Below, piece after piece: positions 9,673 through 19,896 of a stretch of DNA of 64,000 nucleotides (the stretch's first letter is position 1; each line of letters begins with the position of its first letter). Source of the stretch: Candidatus Woesearchaeota archaeon (GTDB taxonomy: Archaea; Nanobdellota; Nanobdellia; Woesearchaeales; UBA119); NCBI GenBank assembly GCA_035363095.1, contig DAOSEK010000001.1:82473-146472 (forward strand). Reading direction: 5' to 3'. The notes under the pieces are model-generated. The model saw only the letters and a list, made by a program, of their open reading frames with translations, made no database searches and had not been told where the DNA came from. A program made the position numbers and the translations under genes.

Positions 9673-10680
9673 TCAGGATAGATGATTTTGTTTTGTTTGC
9701 AGGGGGAGTAATTTTTCTTTTATGTTTTCTAGCTCTTTTGAAGATAGGGAGTATACGTTTGTATTAAGGATTTTTGAGGATAAACCTATTTCTATGATTA
9801 GCTTTTCAGCCTGTTTTTTTGTGGAATATTCTAGATTATTTAGATTTGATAAATCAATTATGGCATCTCTTAGGGCGTTTTTGGCTTTTTTTGTGCGCTG
9901 AGAAAGAAGTTTTTGGAGTATATAATTTATGCTGGTATCGTTTTGATAGGTTTTGGATTCTAAGTTTTTGGAGTTTGAGTTTTTGGAATTAATGTTTTTG
10001 GATAATAATAAGTTACTTTTAAGGGAGGCTTTTTTTGTTAGTTTTATTAGGCAAGAGTCAGATTTGGGAATGGGATTAAATGATTCTTTAGGGATATTTA
10101 ACAGGTGTGTTATGTTAAAAAATGATTCAAAATATATGCTTTTTTTTATTTTTTTGTAAAATCCTAATGGGATTATAAAAAAGCCAATTTGAAATCCTGG
10201 CATTGTGCTTAGTGCTTTTAGTGTTGGCTCGCATATTTTGTAAGGGAGACTTGAGAATACTAAGTCAAATGAGAAGGTGAGAGGAAACTTTGAAGTTGAA
10301 TTATAAGATAAGCCTGAAGATGATTTAATAGAGTATGAGTTTCTTAGGGGTTTGGATTTTTGGTTTTGGATTTTTGATTTTAGAGTTTTTAGGTATTTTA
10401 ATGCATCATTGTATTCAATGGTTACATTTTTTGGAAGGGAAGATAATGCGATTGAAAGTGTTTTATCGATTTCAACTGCGACTACTTCTTTTGAGAGTAA
10501 AGCAAGCTCTTTTGTTATGGCTCCAGTACCGGGACCTATTTCTAGTATTGAATTGAAATAAGGAGCTTTTTTAGATTGAGAGTTGGTTTTGATTGCTTTG
10601 ATTATGTCTTTGATTATTTTTGTGTTTATTAGGAAGTTTTGATCGTGCTCTTTTTTGGGGGTTATTTTTATTTTTTTCAT
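9673..10680 (-). CDS. rsmA: 16S rRNA (adenine-N6)-dimethyltransferase KsgA/Dim1
   Basis: N-terminal HDQNFLIN...ILEIGPGTGAITKEL...VVAVEIDKTL is the KsgA motif set. A low-complexity K/N/S insertion lies in the middle. Confidence 0.7.
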   Translation of the reverse strand: MKKIKITPKKEHDQNFLINTKIIKDIIKAIKTNSQSKKAPYFNSILEIGPGTGAITKELALLSKEVVAVEIDKTLSIALSSLPKNVTIEYNDALKYLKTLKSKIQNQKSKPLRNSYSIKSSSGLSYNSTSKFPLTFSFDLVFSSLPYKICEPTLKALSTMPGFQIGFFIIPLGFYKKIKKSIYFESFFNITHLLNIPKESFNPIPKSDSCLIKLTKKASLKSNLLLSKNINSKNSNSKNLESKTYQNDTSINYILQKLLSQRTKKAKNALRDAIIDLSNLNNLEYSTKKQAEKLIIEIGLSSKILNTNVYSLSSKELENIKEKLLPLQTKQNHLS

Positions 10681-11085
10681 GTAAACATCTACTGTTTAGT
10701 TTTTGATTGGATTTTTTATTAGGTGTTTAACTAAATATTTAACTAGATATTTAATTGGGCATTTGACTAAATATTTGATGGTTTTTTATTGAATTTCTTA
10801 TTGTTTGGGCAATGCTTATTTTTAAATATTTGTTAAGTGCACCAAAAATAGGATTTGACTTGAATAGATTTTGAGCATAATTTTAAATATAATGATTACA
10901 TTTGGCTTTGAGGTTGAAATATGTTTATTGGACTCTTGAGTGATTGGGTCTTTAATTATTTAGTGTATTTTGCAGGGATAAGTTTTTTGGTAGCATTATG
11001 ATTTTGTGATTTAGAATATTTATATTTTGGTGTGTTTTTTACATGTGTTTTTTATTAGAATTTAAATTGAATGAGATGGTGAGAG

Positions 11086-13395
11086 ATGTTGGATAAAAAA
11101 GAGTTTAATAATTCAAGCAAAAAGGAAGTATCGGATGGAAAAGAAGTTATCCTGAAAGAAAAAAATCGTGCTAATAATAATTTTAAAAGAATTATTGTTA
11201 CAAGCGCTCTTCCGTATGTTAATAATATTCCTCATATTGGAAATATGGTTTGTGTTATTAGTGCTGATTGCTATGCAAGGTATCTTAAAAGCAAAGGGGA
11301 GAATGTAGTTAGTGTTTTGGGAACTGATGAACATGGAACAACTACGGAGATTAAGGCAATAGAAGAAGGAGTTAGTCCTAAGGAGATTACTGATAAATAT
11401 TTTAAGATTCATAAAAAGATTTATGATTTTTTTCTTTGTGAACCTGATTGTTTTGGAAGAACTTCTTCAAAAGAGAACCACGAAATAACTAAAGAACTTT
11501 TTGGAAGGCTTGATAATAATGGATATATTAGCGAGGATTCTATAAGCCAGTTTTATTGTGAGAGATGCGATAGGTTTTTGGCGGATAGATTTGTTATTGG
11601 CACTTGTGGGTTTTGCGGTTATGAAAAGGCAAGGGGAGACCAATGTGAGAGCTGTGGTAAGCTTTTGGATGTTGAGGATTTAAGGGATGTAAAATGTTCG
11701 ATATGTAATGTCCAAGTTGTTTTAAGGGAGAGCAAGCATCTTTTTTTGGAGCTTCCAAAACTTTCTTTGGAGTTACAAAAATTCGTTGATGAAAGAAAAT
11801 CAAAGTGGAGTGTTAATGCTCTTACGATGACAAATAGCTGGATATCAGGCGGGCTTAAAAAAAGGTGTATTACAAGGGACCTTAAGTGGGGGATTCCTGT
11901 TCCAAAGCAAGGATTTGAGGGTAAGGTTTTCTATTCATGGTTTGATGCTCCGATTGGTTACATCGGGATTACTGCAGAGAATAGAAAGGAGTGGAGAGAT
12001 TGGTGGAAATCTGATGATACTAGACTTGTTCAGTTTATGGGAAAAGACAATATTCCGTTTCATACTATTTTGTTTCCTGCAATTTTAATGGGCGCAAGGG
12101 ATGGATATGTTTTGCTGGATAGTATTTCTGTTAATGAGTATCTTAATTATGAGGATGGCAAGATTTCTAAATCTGAAAAGAGAGGAATTTTTGGTGATGA
12201 TGCAATAGAGATTGGGCTAAGGGCAGATGTATGGAGATACTATCTTATTATCAACAGGCCTGAGAAAACTGATACGGTTTTTATATGGCAAGATTTTATG
12301 GAGAAGGTTAATAATGAGCTTGTAGCTACTTTAGGAAATCTTGTAAATAGGGTTTTGACTTTTGTTAAGAGCAAGTATGGTTCAGTGTGCCCTGAAGGGA
12401 TTTTGGAGAGTTCCGATGAGATTTTTTTGGATAAGATAAAAATGCAGGTTAAAGAGTTAGAAAGGGATTTGGATTTGATTGAGATTAAATCTGCACTTAA
12501 AGGGGTTATGGGGGTTGCAAGGCTTGCTAACCAATATATGCAGGAGAATAAACCATGGCAAAATTCTAAGCAAAGAGCGGATGCTTGCGTTTGTGTGCTT
12601 TTGAATGTCATCAAGGATTTGGGTGTTTTATGTGAACCTTTTATGCCAGGGGTTTCAAAGGACATTTTTGCCCAGCTTAATATTGAATATCAAAACTGGA
12701 ATAATCTTTTTGAGTTATCCATTAGGCATGGACATGAAATTGGAACGCCAAATGCTTTGTTTGAAAAGCTTGATGATAAAAGGATTGATGAATTGAAAAG
12801 AAGATATTCAGGAAGACAAAAGGAAATTGTGATTGAAAAGAAGAAAATTAGGGCAGAGGGTAGAGCAAAGGAGATTGATGTTATAAGGGATTTCTCTGAT
12901 CTTGATTTGAGGGTTGGAATTGTAAAAGAAGCGATAAGCCATCCTAATGCAGATAAGCTTTTGATTATGAAAGTTGATGTTGGGGAAAAACAAATTCAGC
13001 TTGTTGCAGGACTTAAGAAGTTCTATTCGCCTGAGGAGATTGTAGGTAAAAGGATTATAGTTGTTAATAATTTGAAACATGCTAATTTAAGGGGCTTTGA
13101 AAGTGAAGGGATGCTTTTAGCTGGTGGACCTTCTGAGGATTTGCAAGATGATGAGAAGATTTCAAAAGGTTTTCATGGGATTTTGTATACAGATAAAAGC
13201 CCTCCTGGAACTAAGATTGTCATTACTGGAGGAAATGCAAATGGCGAACCTATAAAAGAACTAACTATTGATGAGTTTTATTCAAATTACAAAATCGTGG
13301 TTAAGGGTGGAAAGGCATTTTATAATGGAAAAGTTTTAAAAGCTGAAGATGAAGAGGTTATGTGTGATAGGGTTAAGAATGGTTTGGTGAGGTAG
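11086..13395 (+). CDS. metG: Methionyl-tRNA synthetase with C-terminal tRNA-binding (EMAP/Trbp111-like) domain
   Basis: HIGN (HIGH) and KISKS (KMSKS) motifs, a CxxC...CxxC zinc knuckle, and a C-terminal OB-fold (LDLRVGIVKE...KLLIMKVDVGE). Confidence 0.9.
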   Translation: MLDKKEFNNSSKKEVSDGKEVILKEKNRANNNFKRIIVTSALPYVNNIPHIGNMVCVISADCYARYLKSKGENVVSVLGTDEHGTTTEIKAIEEGVSPKEITDKYFKIHKKIYDFFLCEPDCFGRTSSKENHEITKELFGRLDNNGYISEDSISQFYCERCDRFLADRFVIGTCGFCGYEKARGDQCESCGKLLDVEDLRDVKCSICNVQVVLRESKHLFLELPKLSLELQKFVDERKSKWSVNALTMTNSWISGGLKKRCITRDLKWGIPVPKQGFEGKVFYSWFDAPIGYIGITAENRKEWRDWWKSDDTRLVQFMGKDNIPFHTILFPAILMGARDGYVLLDSISVNEYLNYEDGKISKSEKRGIFGDDAIEIGLRADVWRYYLIINRPEKTDTVFIWQDFMEKVNNELVATLGNLVNRVLTFVKSKYGSVCPEGILESSDEIFLDKIKMQVKELERDLDLIEIKSALKGVMGVARLANQYMQENKPWQNSKQRADACVCVLLNVIKDLGVLCEPFMPGVSKDIFAQLNIEYQNWNNLFELSIRHGHEIGTPNALFEKLDDKRIDELKRRYSGRQKEIVIEKKKIRAEGRAKEIDVIRDFSDLDLRVGIVKEAISHPNADKLLIMKVDVGEKQIQLVAGLKKFYSPEEIVGKRIIVVNNLKHANLRGFESEGMLLAGGPSEDLQDDEKISKGFHGILYTDKSPPGTKIVITGGNANGEPIKELTIDEFYSNYKIVVKGGKAFYNGKVLKAEDEEVMCDRVKNGLVR

Positions 13396-13401
13396 GTTTT
13401 T

Positions 13402-14961
13402 TTGAGCGAGAAGGCGAAAACGGTTTTTAGAAATCTTCCTTTTGCCCTTATTATTAGGGATGGATGGGGGATTAGTAGGAGAAAAGAAGGTAACGCAATT
13501 TTTCATGCTAGTACGCCTTTTGCTGATTATCTATTTGAGAAATGTCCAACTTCTATTGTTCAAACATCAGGGTTTGCTGTGGGACTTCCTAAGGGATATC
13601 AGGGAAATAGTGAGGTTGGGCACATTACGATTGGTGCTGGAAGGATTCATTATCAATCGCTTCAACGAATTAATAGTGCAATTGAAAATAGAAGTTTTTT
13701 TGATAATGAGGTTATTAAAGGAGCTTTTGGAAATGCTAAGAAAAATAATGCAAAGGTTCATTTGATGGGGCTTTTGCAAGACCAAGGAGTGCATGCCCAT
13801 ATAGATCATCTTTTTGCGCTTTTGGATTTTGCAAAAAAAGAAAATTTTAGAGATGTGATAATCCATATTTTCACTGACGGCAGAGATACTGCGCCAAAAT
13901 CTGCTCTTTCTTTTTTAAAGAGGCTTGAATTAAAGATTAAAGAGATTGGGATTGGCAAGATTGGAATGATTTGTGGCAGATTTTATGCAATGGATAGGGA
14001 TAATCGCTGGGAGCGAATTGTTTTGGCTTATAAAGGGCTTGTGGATTGTGAGGCGCCTGCTTTTCCAAACGCATGTAAGGCAATTAAGGATGCTTATTCT
14101 AAAGGTGAGACAGATGAGTTTATTATGCCAAGGATTGTTAATGGGTTTGAGGGCATTAAGGATAAGGATAGTGTGATTTTTTATAATTATAGGTATGATA
14201 GGGCAAGAGAACTTACTACAGTATTTATGGAAAGGGAATTTAACGAGTTTCCAAGAACTATGCGTAAAGGACTTTACTATGCATGTTTTACGAAATATTA
14301 TGATACGCTAAAAGCCCCTGTTGCTTTTGAGCCTATTTCAATGAATAATCTTTTAGGTCAGGTTATTTCTAAAAACGGCTTAAGACAATTAAGAATTGCA
14401 GAGACTGAAAAGTATGCTCATGTTACTTTCTTTTTTAACGGACAATCAGATGTTATAAGTACTCTTGAATCTCATAGACTGATTGCAAGTCCTAAAGTTA
14501 CTACTTATGATTTGAAACCTGAGATGAGTGCTTATTTGGTTTGTGATGAGATACTGGCTTCAATTAAGAGAAATGAATTTGATGTTTATATTATAAATTT
14601 TGCAAATCCTGATATGGTTGGGCACACCGGAGTATTCAATGCAGCGGTAATGGCTTGTGAGGTTGTAGATGAGTGTGTGAGAAAGGTGTGCGATGCGATT
14701 TTAGATAAGAATGGTTGTTGTCTTGTTGGAGCCGATCATGGGAATGCTGAAGAGATGATTGATGATAAATTAAAAGAGGTTATCACATCGCATACTCTAA
14801 ATCCTGTTTATTATCATTTAGTTTCTAAGGATAAAAAACTTATGGGCAAAAGGCTTATTAATGGTGGTCTTTGTGATATTGCGCCCACTATTCTTGATTT
14901 GATAGGAGTTGAGATTCCTAAGGATATGACGGGAATTAGTCTTTTGGAGGGGAGAGAATGA
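13402..14961 (+). CDS. gpmI: 2,3-bisphosphoglycerate-independent phosphoglycerate mutase, bacterial-type (GpmI)
   Basis: 519 aa with FALIIRDGWG at the N-terminus, the histidine/serine phosphotransferase region, and a C-terminal GADHGNAEEM metal-binding motif. Confidence 0.85.
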   Translation: MSEKAKTVFRNLPFALIIRDGWGISRRKEGNAIFHASTPFADYLFEKCPTSIVQTSGFAVGLPKGYQGNSEVGHITIGAGRIHYQSLQRINSAIENRSFFDNEVIKGAFGNAKKNNAKVHLMGLLQDQGVHAHIDHLFALLDFAKKENFRDVIIHIFTDGRDTAPKSALSFLKRLELKIKEIGIGKIGMICGRFYAMDRDNRWERIVLAYKGLVDCEAPAFPNACKAIKDAYSKGETDEFIMPRIVNGFEGIKDKDSVIFYNYRYDRARELTTVFMEREFNEFPRTMRKGLYYACFTKYYDTLKAPVAFEPISMNNLLGQVISKNGLRQLRIAETEKYAHVTFFFNGQSDVISTLESHRLIASPKVTTYDLKPEMSAYLVCDEILASIKRNEFDVYIINFANPDMVGHTGVFNAAVMACEVVDECVRKVCDAILDKNGCCLVGADHGNAEEMIDDKLKEVITSHTLNPVYYHLVSKDKKLMGKRLINGGLCDIAPTILDLIGVEIPKDMTGISLLEGRE

Positions 14962-15139
14962 GGCTTATTGAGTTTATTAAAAAGTTTTTTAGAGATTATA
15001 AAGAAAAAAGAACTACTAGATTTGATTATGAACAGAAGTTTGCACCTGATAGTAAGAAATGAAATTAAATGAAAATAGAACGAAAACTTTCTTTTGTGGT
15101 TTGCTATGTTGAAGTGTTCAAGATTTCATTTTAGGCTAA

Positions 15140-15571
15140 TTATTTGTTTAAACATTTTTTAATCTCTTCAAAGATTTCTTTAAGTGTTTTAGTTGATACT
15201 ATATGTTTTCTTTTTGAATTGTAGTGATAGCCAAATTCGCTATCTAAAAACTCTTCTCCTTTGAAGATAACACGATTCTTGTATCTTGGTCTAAAGTGGA
15301 AATGAACATAAGGCTTTGGATTTTCTTCTTGGTATGCATTATTCATAAGACAGCTCCAGTTAAACATTGTAGCTCCGAATGCATTCTTAAGAGCAGACTC
15401 AAGTATTTTTACAATGTTTTCATGAAAATCTTGCCATTCTTCAGAAGTAAGACTAGATAAGTTAGCGCAATCTCTTTTAAGGAGAACTACACATCTTCCC
15501 AAATATGCTTGTTCATTAATAAGAATGGCTTTCCAAGATTTGGTTTCCAAGATCACAAATTCTTTATCCAT
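15140..15571 (-). CDS. HIT-superfamily nucleotide-binding protein (degenerate histidine triad HFHFR)
   Basis: 143 aa. KAILINEQAYLGRCVVLLKR...PYVHFHFRPRY aligns to the HIT fold, but the third His of HxHxH is replaced by Arg. Confidence 0.5.
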   Translation of the reverse strand: MDKEFVILETKSWKAILINEQAYLGRCVVLLKRDCANLSSLTSEEWQDFHENIVKILESALKNAFGATMFNWSCLMNNAYQEENPKPYVHFHFRPRYKNRVIFKGEEFLDSEFGYHYNSKRKHIVSTKTLKEIFEEIKKCLNK

Positions 15572-15715
15572 AATTCCAAAAAGCTAATTCTTATTTAAAT
15601 AATTTCGCTAAAAGAAAACAAGTACGGCAAACATAAATTTTTATAAGAAACTATTTTACAGAACTGAAGATGTACATTTAAAGATAAAATAAACTTAAAG
15701 ATAAAATAAAAAAAG

Positions 15716-16561
15716 CTATTTTTTGGGCATGTACTGTCTCATGTACTCCGCAACATCTTTTGCGCCCCATATCTCAACGTCCAGCTTGTTGTAGTAATCC
15801 ATAGGATCTTTTCCCAAACTTGCCAGCGCAAAAAACAATGATGGTAAGATAGTTCCTAAATCCTTGAGATAGAAATCTTCAGTATTTTGTTTGTGGAATT
15901 CAGTCGAGATATCACCGTTTATGTTGCCGTTTCCCTTAACGTATTCTAAAGCTGCCCAAGCAAGATGATTGCCATGTAGAAAATGCATCATCTCAGGACC
16001 ACTTAAATCATTGAATGCCGACTCTAAAAGATTCAAAACATCCCTTTCTGAATAATTTACCTTTCCATTTACTCCTGCTAGATAACTGCTGATAGACTTC
16101 GGAACGGACAACGCAGCTAGTTCGTTACTCATTTTTGTAATTTCAGGAAGATCTTCATATTTTTTGAAATTTGAATTGAAAACTTTATCTTTTTCTCTAG
16201 CAGTATCTGGAATTCCTAACTCTTTTTTGGATTCCTCAGACAGGTCCCCAACTAGGACGTATAATTCTGAGCCATTGAAAGTGTACTTTCGGGCTCCATT
16301 AGTTAAACCGTTTCCACTATTAGATAATACCTCTTCGAGGGGTTTGCCTCCTAAAGAAACAAGTTCAATAGTTTTTCCAGTTGGTATATCTCCTCTAAAT
16401 GCATAGGACTCTGGATGTTTTTGTTGTTCTTCTAACCCTCGATACCATATATCATGACTTGCTGAAGCAGGTATTTCAACGTATTTCAGTAGAAAGTTGT
16501 AAAAATCGCTACCACTACTGGGTGCGCTTGACACTTTGTCAACAGGATATTCTCTTATCAT
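15716..16561 (-). CDS. Hypothetical protein (atypical composition island)
   Basis: 281 aa ORF. Local G+C and Arg codon usage (CGN) are higher than in surrounding genes. No motif is recognised. Confidence 0.4.
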   Translation of the reverse strand: MIREYPVDKVSSAPSSGSDFYNFLLKYVEIPASASHDIWYRGLEEQQKHPESYAFRGDIPTGKTIELVSLGGKPLEEVLSNSGNGLTNGARKYTFNGSELYVLVGDLSEESKKELGIPDTAREKDKVFNSNFKKYEDLPEITKMSNELAALSVPKSISSYLAGVNGKVNYSERDVLNLLESAFNDLSGPEMMHFLHGNHLAWAALEYVKGNGNINGDISTEFHKQNTEDFYLKDLGTILPSLFFALASLGKDPMDYYNKLDVEIWGAKDVAEYMRQYMPKK

Positions 16562-16837
16562 TTTATCACCTTTTGATTTTTATAAATTTTTGTATATAAT
16601 CAACTACTAATAGCAAATTAAGGGAGTTAAGTTATATTTAAGGGTATTTTTAAGCATTTTTGCTTTTAGTTTATTAGTGACTACTTTTTTGTATTAAAAC
16701 AACCTGCGTCCCATTAAAAATCGGACCATTCTTTCAAAACAATGATTCTTTTAAGAATATCAAAGAATAATTTACATATATATTTTTTATCTCTCGCAAC
16801 TTTTTCGGTGTTATTGTTATTCGTTGAGTGAACATAT

Positions 16838-17344
16838 TTATTTTTTAATTGAACGAGGCATAACAGAGTATCCTTTTGATAAAAATTCATCTAGTGTTTC
16901 AGACTTTAAAATATCAATTACAAATTGTGCTACAATTTTCTTAAGACGTTCTTGACAATTAGACTGAGGAATTACTCCGTTAGGACAATGAAACCAAGTC
17001 CCATAACGATCATATTTAACAATATCACTAGGAAGTTCTTGGGACAGCAATTTGTCTAAGATTAGAAGATTGTTTGGGTCAGAAGTATCTTTATTAGCTT
17101 TTACAAATCGATTAGAGTATATCTCATCACCCACCCATCCATGAATTTCACTATATGGATAATCATCTTTAGGAGATATAGTTCCGCCAATATCGATTTG
17201 ATTGTATTTTTTATTGAAAAAATTTAAGCAAATATGATATTTAGCAAATTCATCCTCTCGATCTGCGAAAAAGTCCCCTGCTCCAAATTGTTGTATTTTC
17301 TGTTCAAGCAAATTGGTTATATAGGATATCTTATTTTGAGTCAT
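16838..17344 (-). CDS. Hypothetical protein (atypical composition island)
   Basis: 168 aa ORF. No recognisable motif. Confidence 0.4.
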   Translation of the reverse strand: MTQNKISYITNLLEQKIQQFGAGDFFADREDEFAKYHICLNFFNKKYNQIDIGGTISPKDDYPYSEIHGWVGDEIYSNRFVKANKDTSDPNNLLILDKLLSQELPSDIVKYDRYGTWFHCPNGVIPQSNCQERLKKIVAQFVIDILKSETLDEFLSKGYSVMPRSIKK

Positions 17345-17486
17345 ATTTTAATAGTGAAATGTAAATAATAAATAGATTTGTATTAAAAAAGTTGTTTTTA
17401 CCCAACTTTGACAGTTAAATATTAAAGTGTTCTTAGTTTGTTTGGATTTATGACAAAACAAACAAAACTAAGAACAAACACCATAA

Positions 17487-17651
17487 ATCAACCTCACCCT
17501 GAATGGCGAGGCCTGTTGGTAATGTAAAAGCATACGCTGTATTAACGCGAGGTTGTTGATTACAAAAAAGCGTACTGAGTCCTCTTGTTGAAACACGAGA
17601 TATGCTTTACTATTGACCAAAGTGTGCGACTGAGAAGAATTTTATGAAATC
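17487..17651. repeat. Modular intergenic repeat: hairpin module plus K-box/palindrome-variant
   Basis: ATCAACCTCACCC...GCGAGGTTGTTGAT forms an imperfect inverted-repeat hairpin. It is followed by a CTCTTGTTGAAACACGAG stem-loop, then a degenerate K-box (TTGACCAAAGTGTGCGAC) and the variant TTTTATGAAATC. The sequence matches the copies at 22964, 28284, 45694 and 49257. Confidence 0.75.
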
Positions 17652-17911
17652 GATGAAAAAAAGAGTGATTTATTCTAATTTTGGTCCCATAAATGAGCTA
17701 ATTTGCCTCCAAAATGAGACAAAAACATAAAAAAATAATGATTTTTTTAAGAAATTAGAGCAACTGACAATTGAATATTCTTGATGAAATAATTAGCAAA
17801 CTGTCAAACGTGGGATACAACAATCATTTCATAAGAACTATTTTACAACATAAGAACTATTTTACACAATTACAAATGTGCAATTGAAGATGAGCAATAA
17901 TAGTAAGAATA

Positions 17912-18415
17912 TTAATATTTAGAATATTTCTTAACTGTATCTTCAAGGTTACAAATCTGTGGGAGTACTACTTCTTTGATAGTCTGCTTTTTTGAATCAT
18001 CAAAAAGGGCGAATTGAGTAACAAAAATCCCTAGCCCCACGCAGGCAATTCCTAGAATAAGTGACATACCCATTGCATTGACAACCCAAAATGAATACTC
18101 CTCAGGAGCATGAGCCCCAGGGTTTGTAATTAAAGAACTCATGTAAGAGTAAGTTGTAGAAGTGTTGTGAAAGAAATAAACTCCTATGGCTCCTAAAGCA
18201 AGTCCACCAAATACTTCGGCAAATCTTTTTTGTCTTGAAGACTTTAAGGCAATTTTAAGTTGGTCTTCGATTCCCTTAAGCTCTCCATGCAGTTTTATGA
18301 ATTCTTCTTGAGTGCACTCTTCAAGAAAGTTGTTGACTTGGTCTTGGGTGTAAACGGAATAAAGTGCCTTTAGGGTATTTCGTCCTATATCCTCTATCTT
18401 AGTATTATATTTCAT
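17912..18415 (-). CDS. Hypothetical membrane protein
   Basis: 167 aa with two C-terminal hydrophobic helices. Confidence 0.4.
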   Translation of the reverse strand: MKYNTKIEDIGRNTLKALYSVYTQDQVNNFLEECTQEEFIKLHGELKGIEDQLKIALKSSRQKRFAEVFGGLALGAIGVYFFHNTSTTYSYMSSLITNPGAHAPEEYSFWVVNAMGMSLILGIACVGLGIFVTQFALFDDSKKQTIKEVVLPQICNLEDTVKKYSKY

Positions 18416-18963
18416 TTGAATTTACCATAGGAGTTAATAATTTTATAGGGAGTACTATAATATTTTTAAATTTATTGTCTTATAATCTTACAAATAACTT
18501 TATATAGTTTGGTTGATAGATATTTTTCATGAATTAATGCAAAAAAGCCCGGAAGGTTTTGGATGAATTAAGTAAGTTGATTTTTGAAAGCGATTCAAAC
18601 ATAAGGCCTGATTATGTCGTTGGATTTTATAGGCTTTGGACAAGGCTTCCTGCAATTGAGAATGTTTTGATAAAAAAAGGTTTTCTCGAACCAATTAGAG
18701 ATTGATGAAGAACAAATCCCTCTTTTAGAGGAATGCAAAAAGGATTTTGAATGGTCATATTGTGCTTTTTATTATTAGGAAATGTGAATGTTTTTCAAAA
18801 ACAAATATTTATAAATAAATCGGGATTCCCAGATATCAGCCAATGAGTGTTGATGGCACTTGCCGGAGCGAGGCTTAGATCTTTCTTTGGCAATACTGTG
18901 ATTTTTTTTAGGGTATCTTGTTGGCAATATTTAGGATTGTAAAAATAATGAAAGGTGTAAATT

Positions 18964-19386
18964 ATGGCTGAAATACCAAAAGAAGTTGTCGAAAAGGCAT
19001 ATGAGGCTATTGAAATAGCAAGAAGTACTGGTAAGATTAAGAAAGGCACTAACGAGGCTACAAAGGCAATTGAAAGAGGAGTTGCAAAGATGGTTGTTTA
19101 TGCAGCGAACACAAGCCCTAAAGAAGTGATAATGCATATTCCAATGCTTTGTAAGGAGAAAGGAATTCTTTGTGTTGAGGTTCCAAGTAGAGAAGAACTC
19201 GGTGCTTCAACAGGGATACCTGTTGCTACTGCAGCAGTAGCAATTGTTAATGAGGGAGAAGCAAAATCGGTTCTCAAATTCATAAAAGATAGTCTTGAGC
19301 CAAAAGAAGAACCTAAAAAAGAAGAGAAAAAAACTGAAGAGAAGGAAGAAAATAGTGCTCCAAAAGAAGAGCCTAAATCAGAGTAA
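18964..19386 (+). CDS. rpl7ae: Ribosomal protein L7Ae (K-turn binding) with C-terminal K/E-rich extension
   Basis: The GTNEATKAIERG..AKMVVYAANTSP core is the L7Ae/L30e signature. A tail of about 30 aa is rich in KEEPKKEEKK. Confidence 0.85.
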   Translation: MAEIPKEVVEKAYEAIEIARSTGKIKKGTNEATKAIERGVAKMVVYAANTSPKEVIMHIPMLCKEKGILCVEVPSREELGASTGIPVATAAVAIVNEGEAKSVLKFIKDSLEPKEEPKKEEKKTEEKEENSAPKEEPKSE

Positions 19387-19397
19387 AGGGTGTAAAA

Positions 19398-19685
19398 ATG
19401 GCTAATCCGAGAAATGATAAAGGACAAGGACCTTCACAAAAATCCCAAAGCGTAGGGGGTTCAGGGGTTAATTTTACCCAAGGGTTTCCTGCAAGGGTTG
19501 AGGAGGTTATTGGAAGAACAGGGGTAAGAGGAGACGTTATTCAGGTAAGATGCAAGATTTTAGCTGGATATGACCAAAATAAGATTATTAGAAGAAATGT
19601 TGTAGGGCCAGTTCAGATAGGAGATATATTGATGCTTAGAGAAACTGAGATTGAAGCAAGGCCACTTAACCAGAGGAGAAAATAG
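19398..19685 (+). CDS. rps28e: Ribosomal protein S28e
   Basis: FPARVEEVIGRTGVRGDVIQVRCKIL...NVVGPVQIGDILMLRETE is canonical S28e. Confidence 0.85.
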   Translation: MANPRNDKGQGPSQKSQSVGGSGVNFTQGFPARVEEVIGRTGVRGDVIQVRCKILAGYDQNKIIRRNVVGPVQIGDILMLRETEIEARPLNQRRK

Positions 19686-19695
19686 GTGATTTGAG

Positions 19696-19884
19696 ATGAA
19701 ATGTACATTCTGTGAAAAGACTATTACTCCTGGAACAGGTAAGATTTATGTTCTTAAAAGTGGTAAAACTTATAGGTTTTGCACGTTAAAATGCCAAAAG
19801 AATATGCTTAAGCTTAAAAGAAAGGCAAGGGAACAAAAGTGGGTTTCTAAGTCTGATGAAGCAAAGGCAAAATTGAAGAAATAG
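19696..19884 (+). CDS. rpl24e: Ribosomal protein L24e
   Basis: The zinc ribbon MKCTFCEKTI...YRFCTLKC is the L24e C4 motif. Confidence 0.8.
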   Translation: MKCTFCEKTITPGTGKIYVLKSGKTYRFCTLKCQKNMLKLKRKAREQKWVSKSDEAKAKLKK

Positions 19885-19896
19885 AGGTGAATTTTA

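Noticed and set aside
15716-16561. ADP-ribosyltransferase (R-S-E) toxin call for the 281-aa island protein
   Set aside because: YRG, LSEES and EF motifs can be picked out, but their spacing is not convincing without a profile search. It is left as hypothetical.
18843-18900. Possible C/D-box sRNA upstream of rpl7ae (GTTGATGG ... CTGTGA)
   Set aside because: The box matches are imperfect (UGAUGG rather than RUGAUGA, and no clean CUGA D-box). It is too weak to call.
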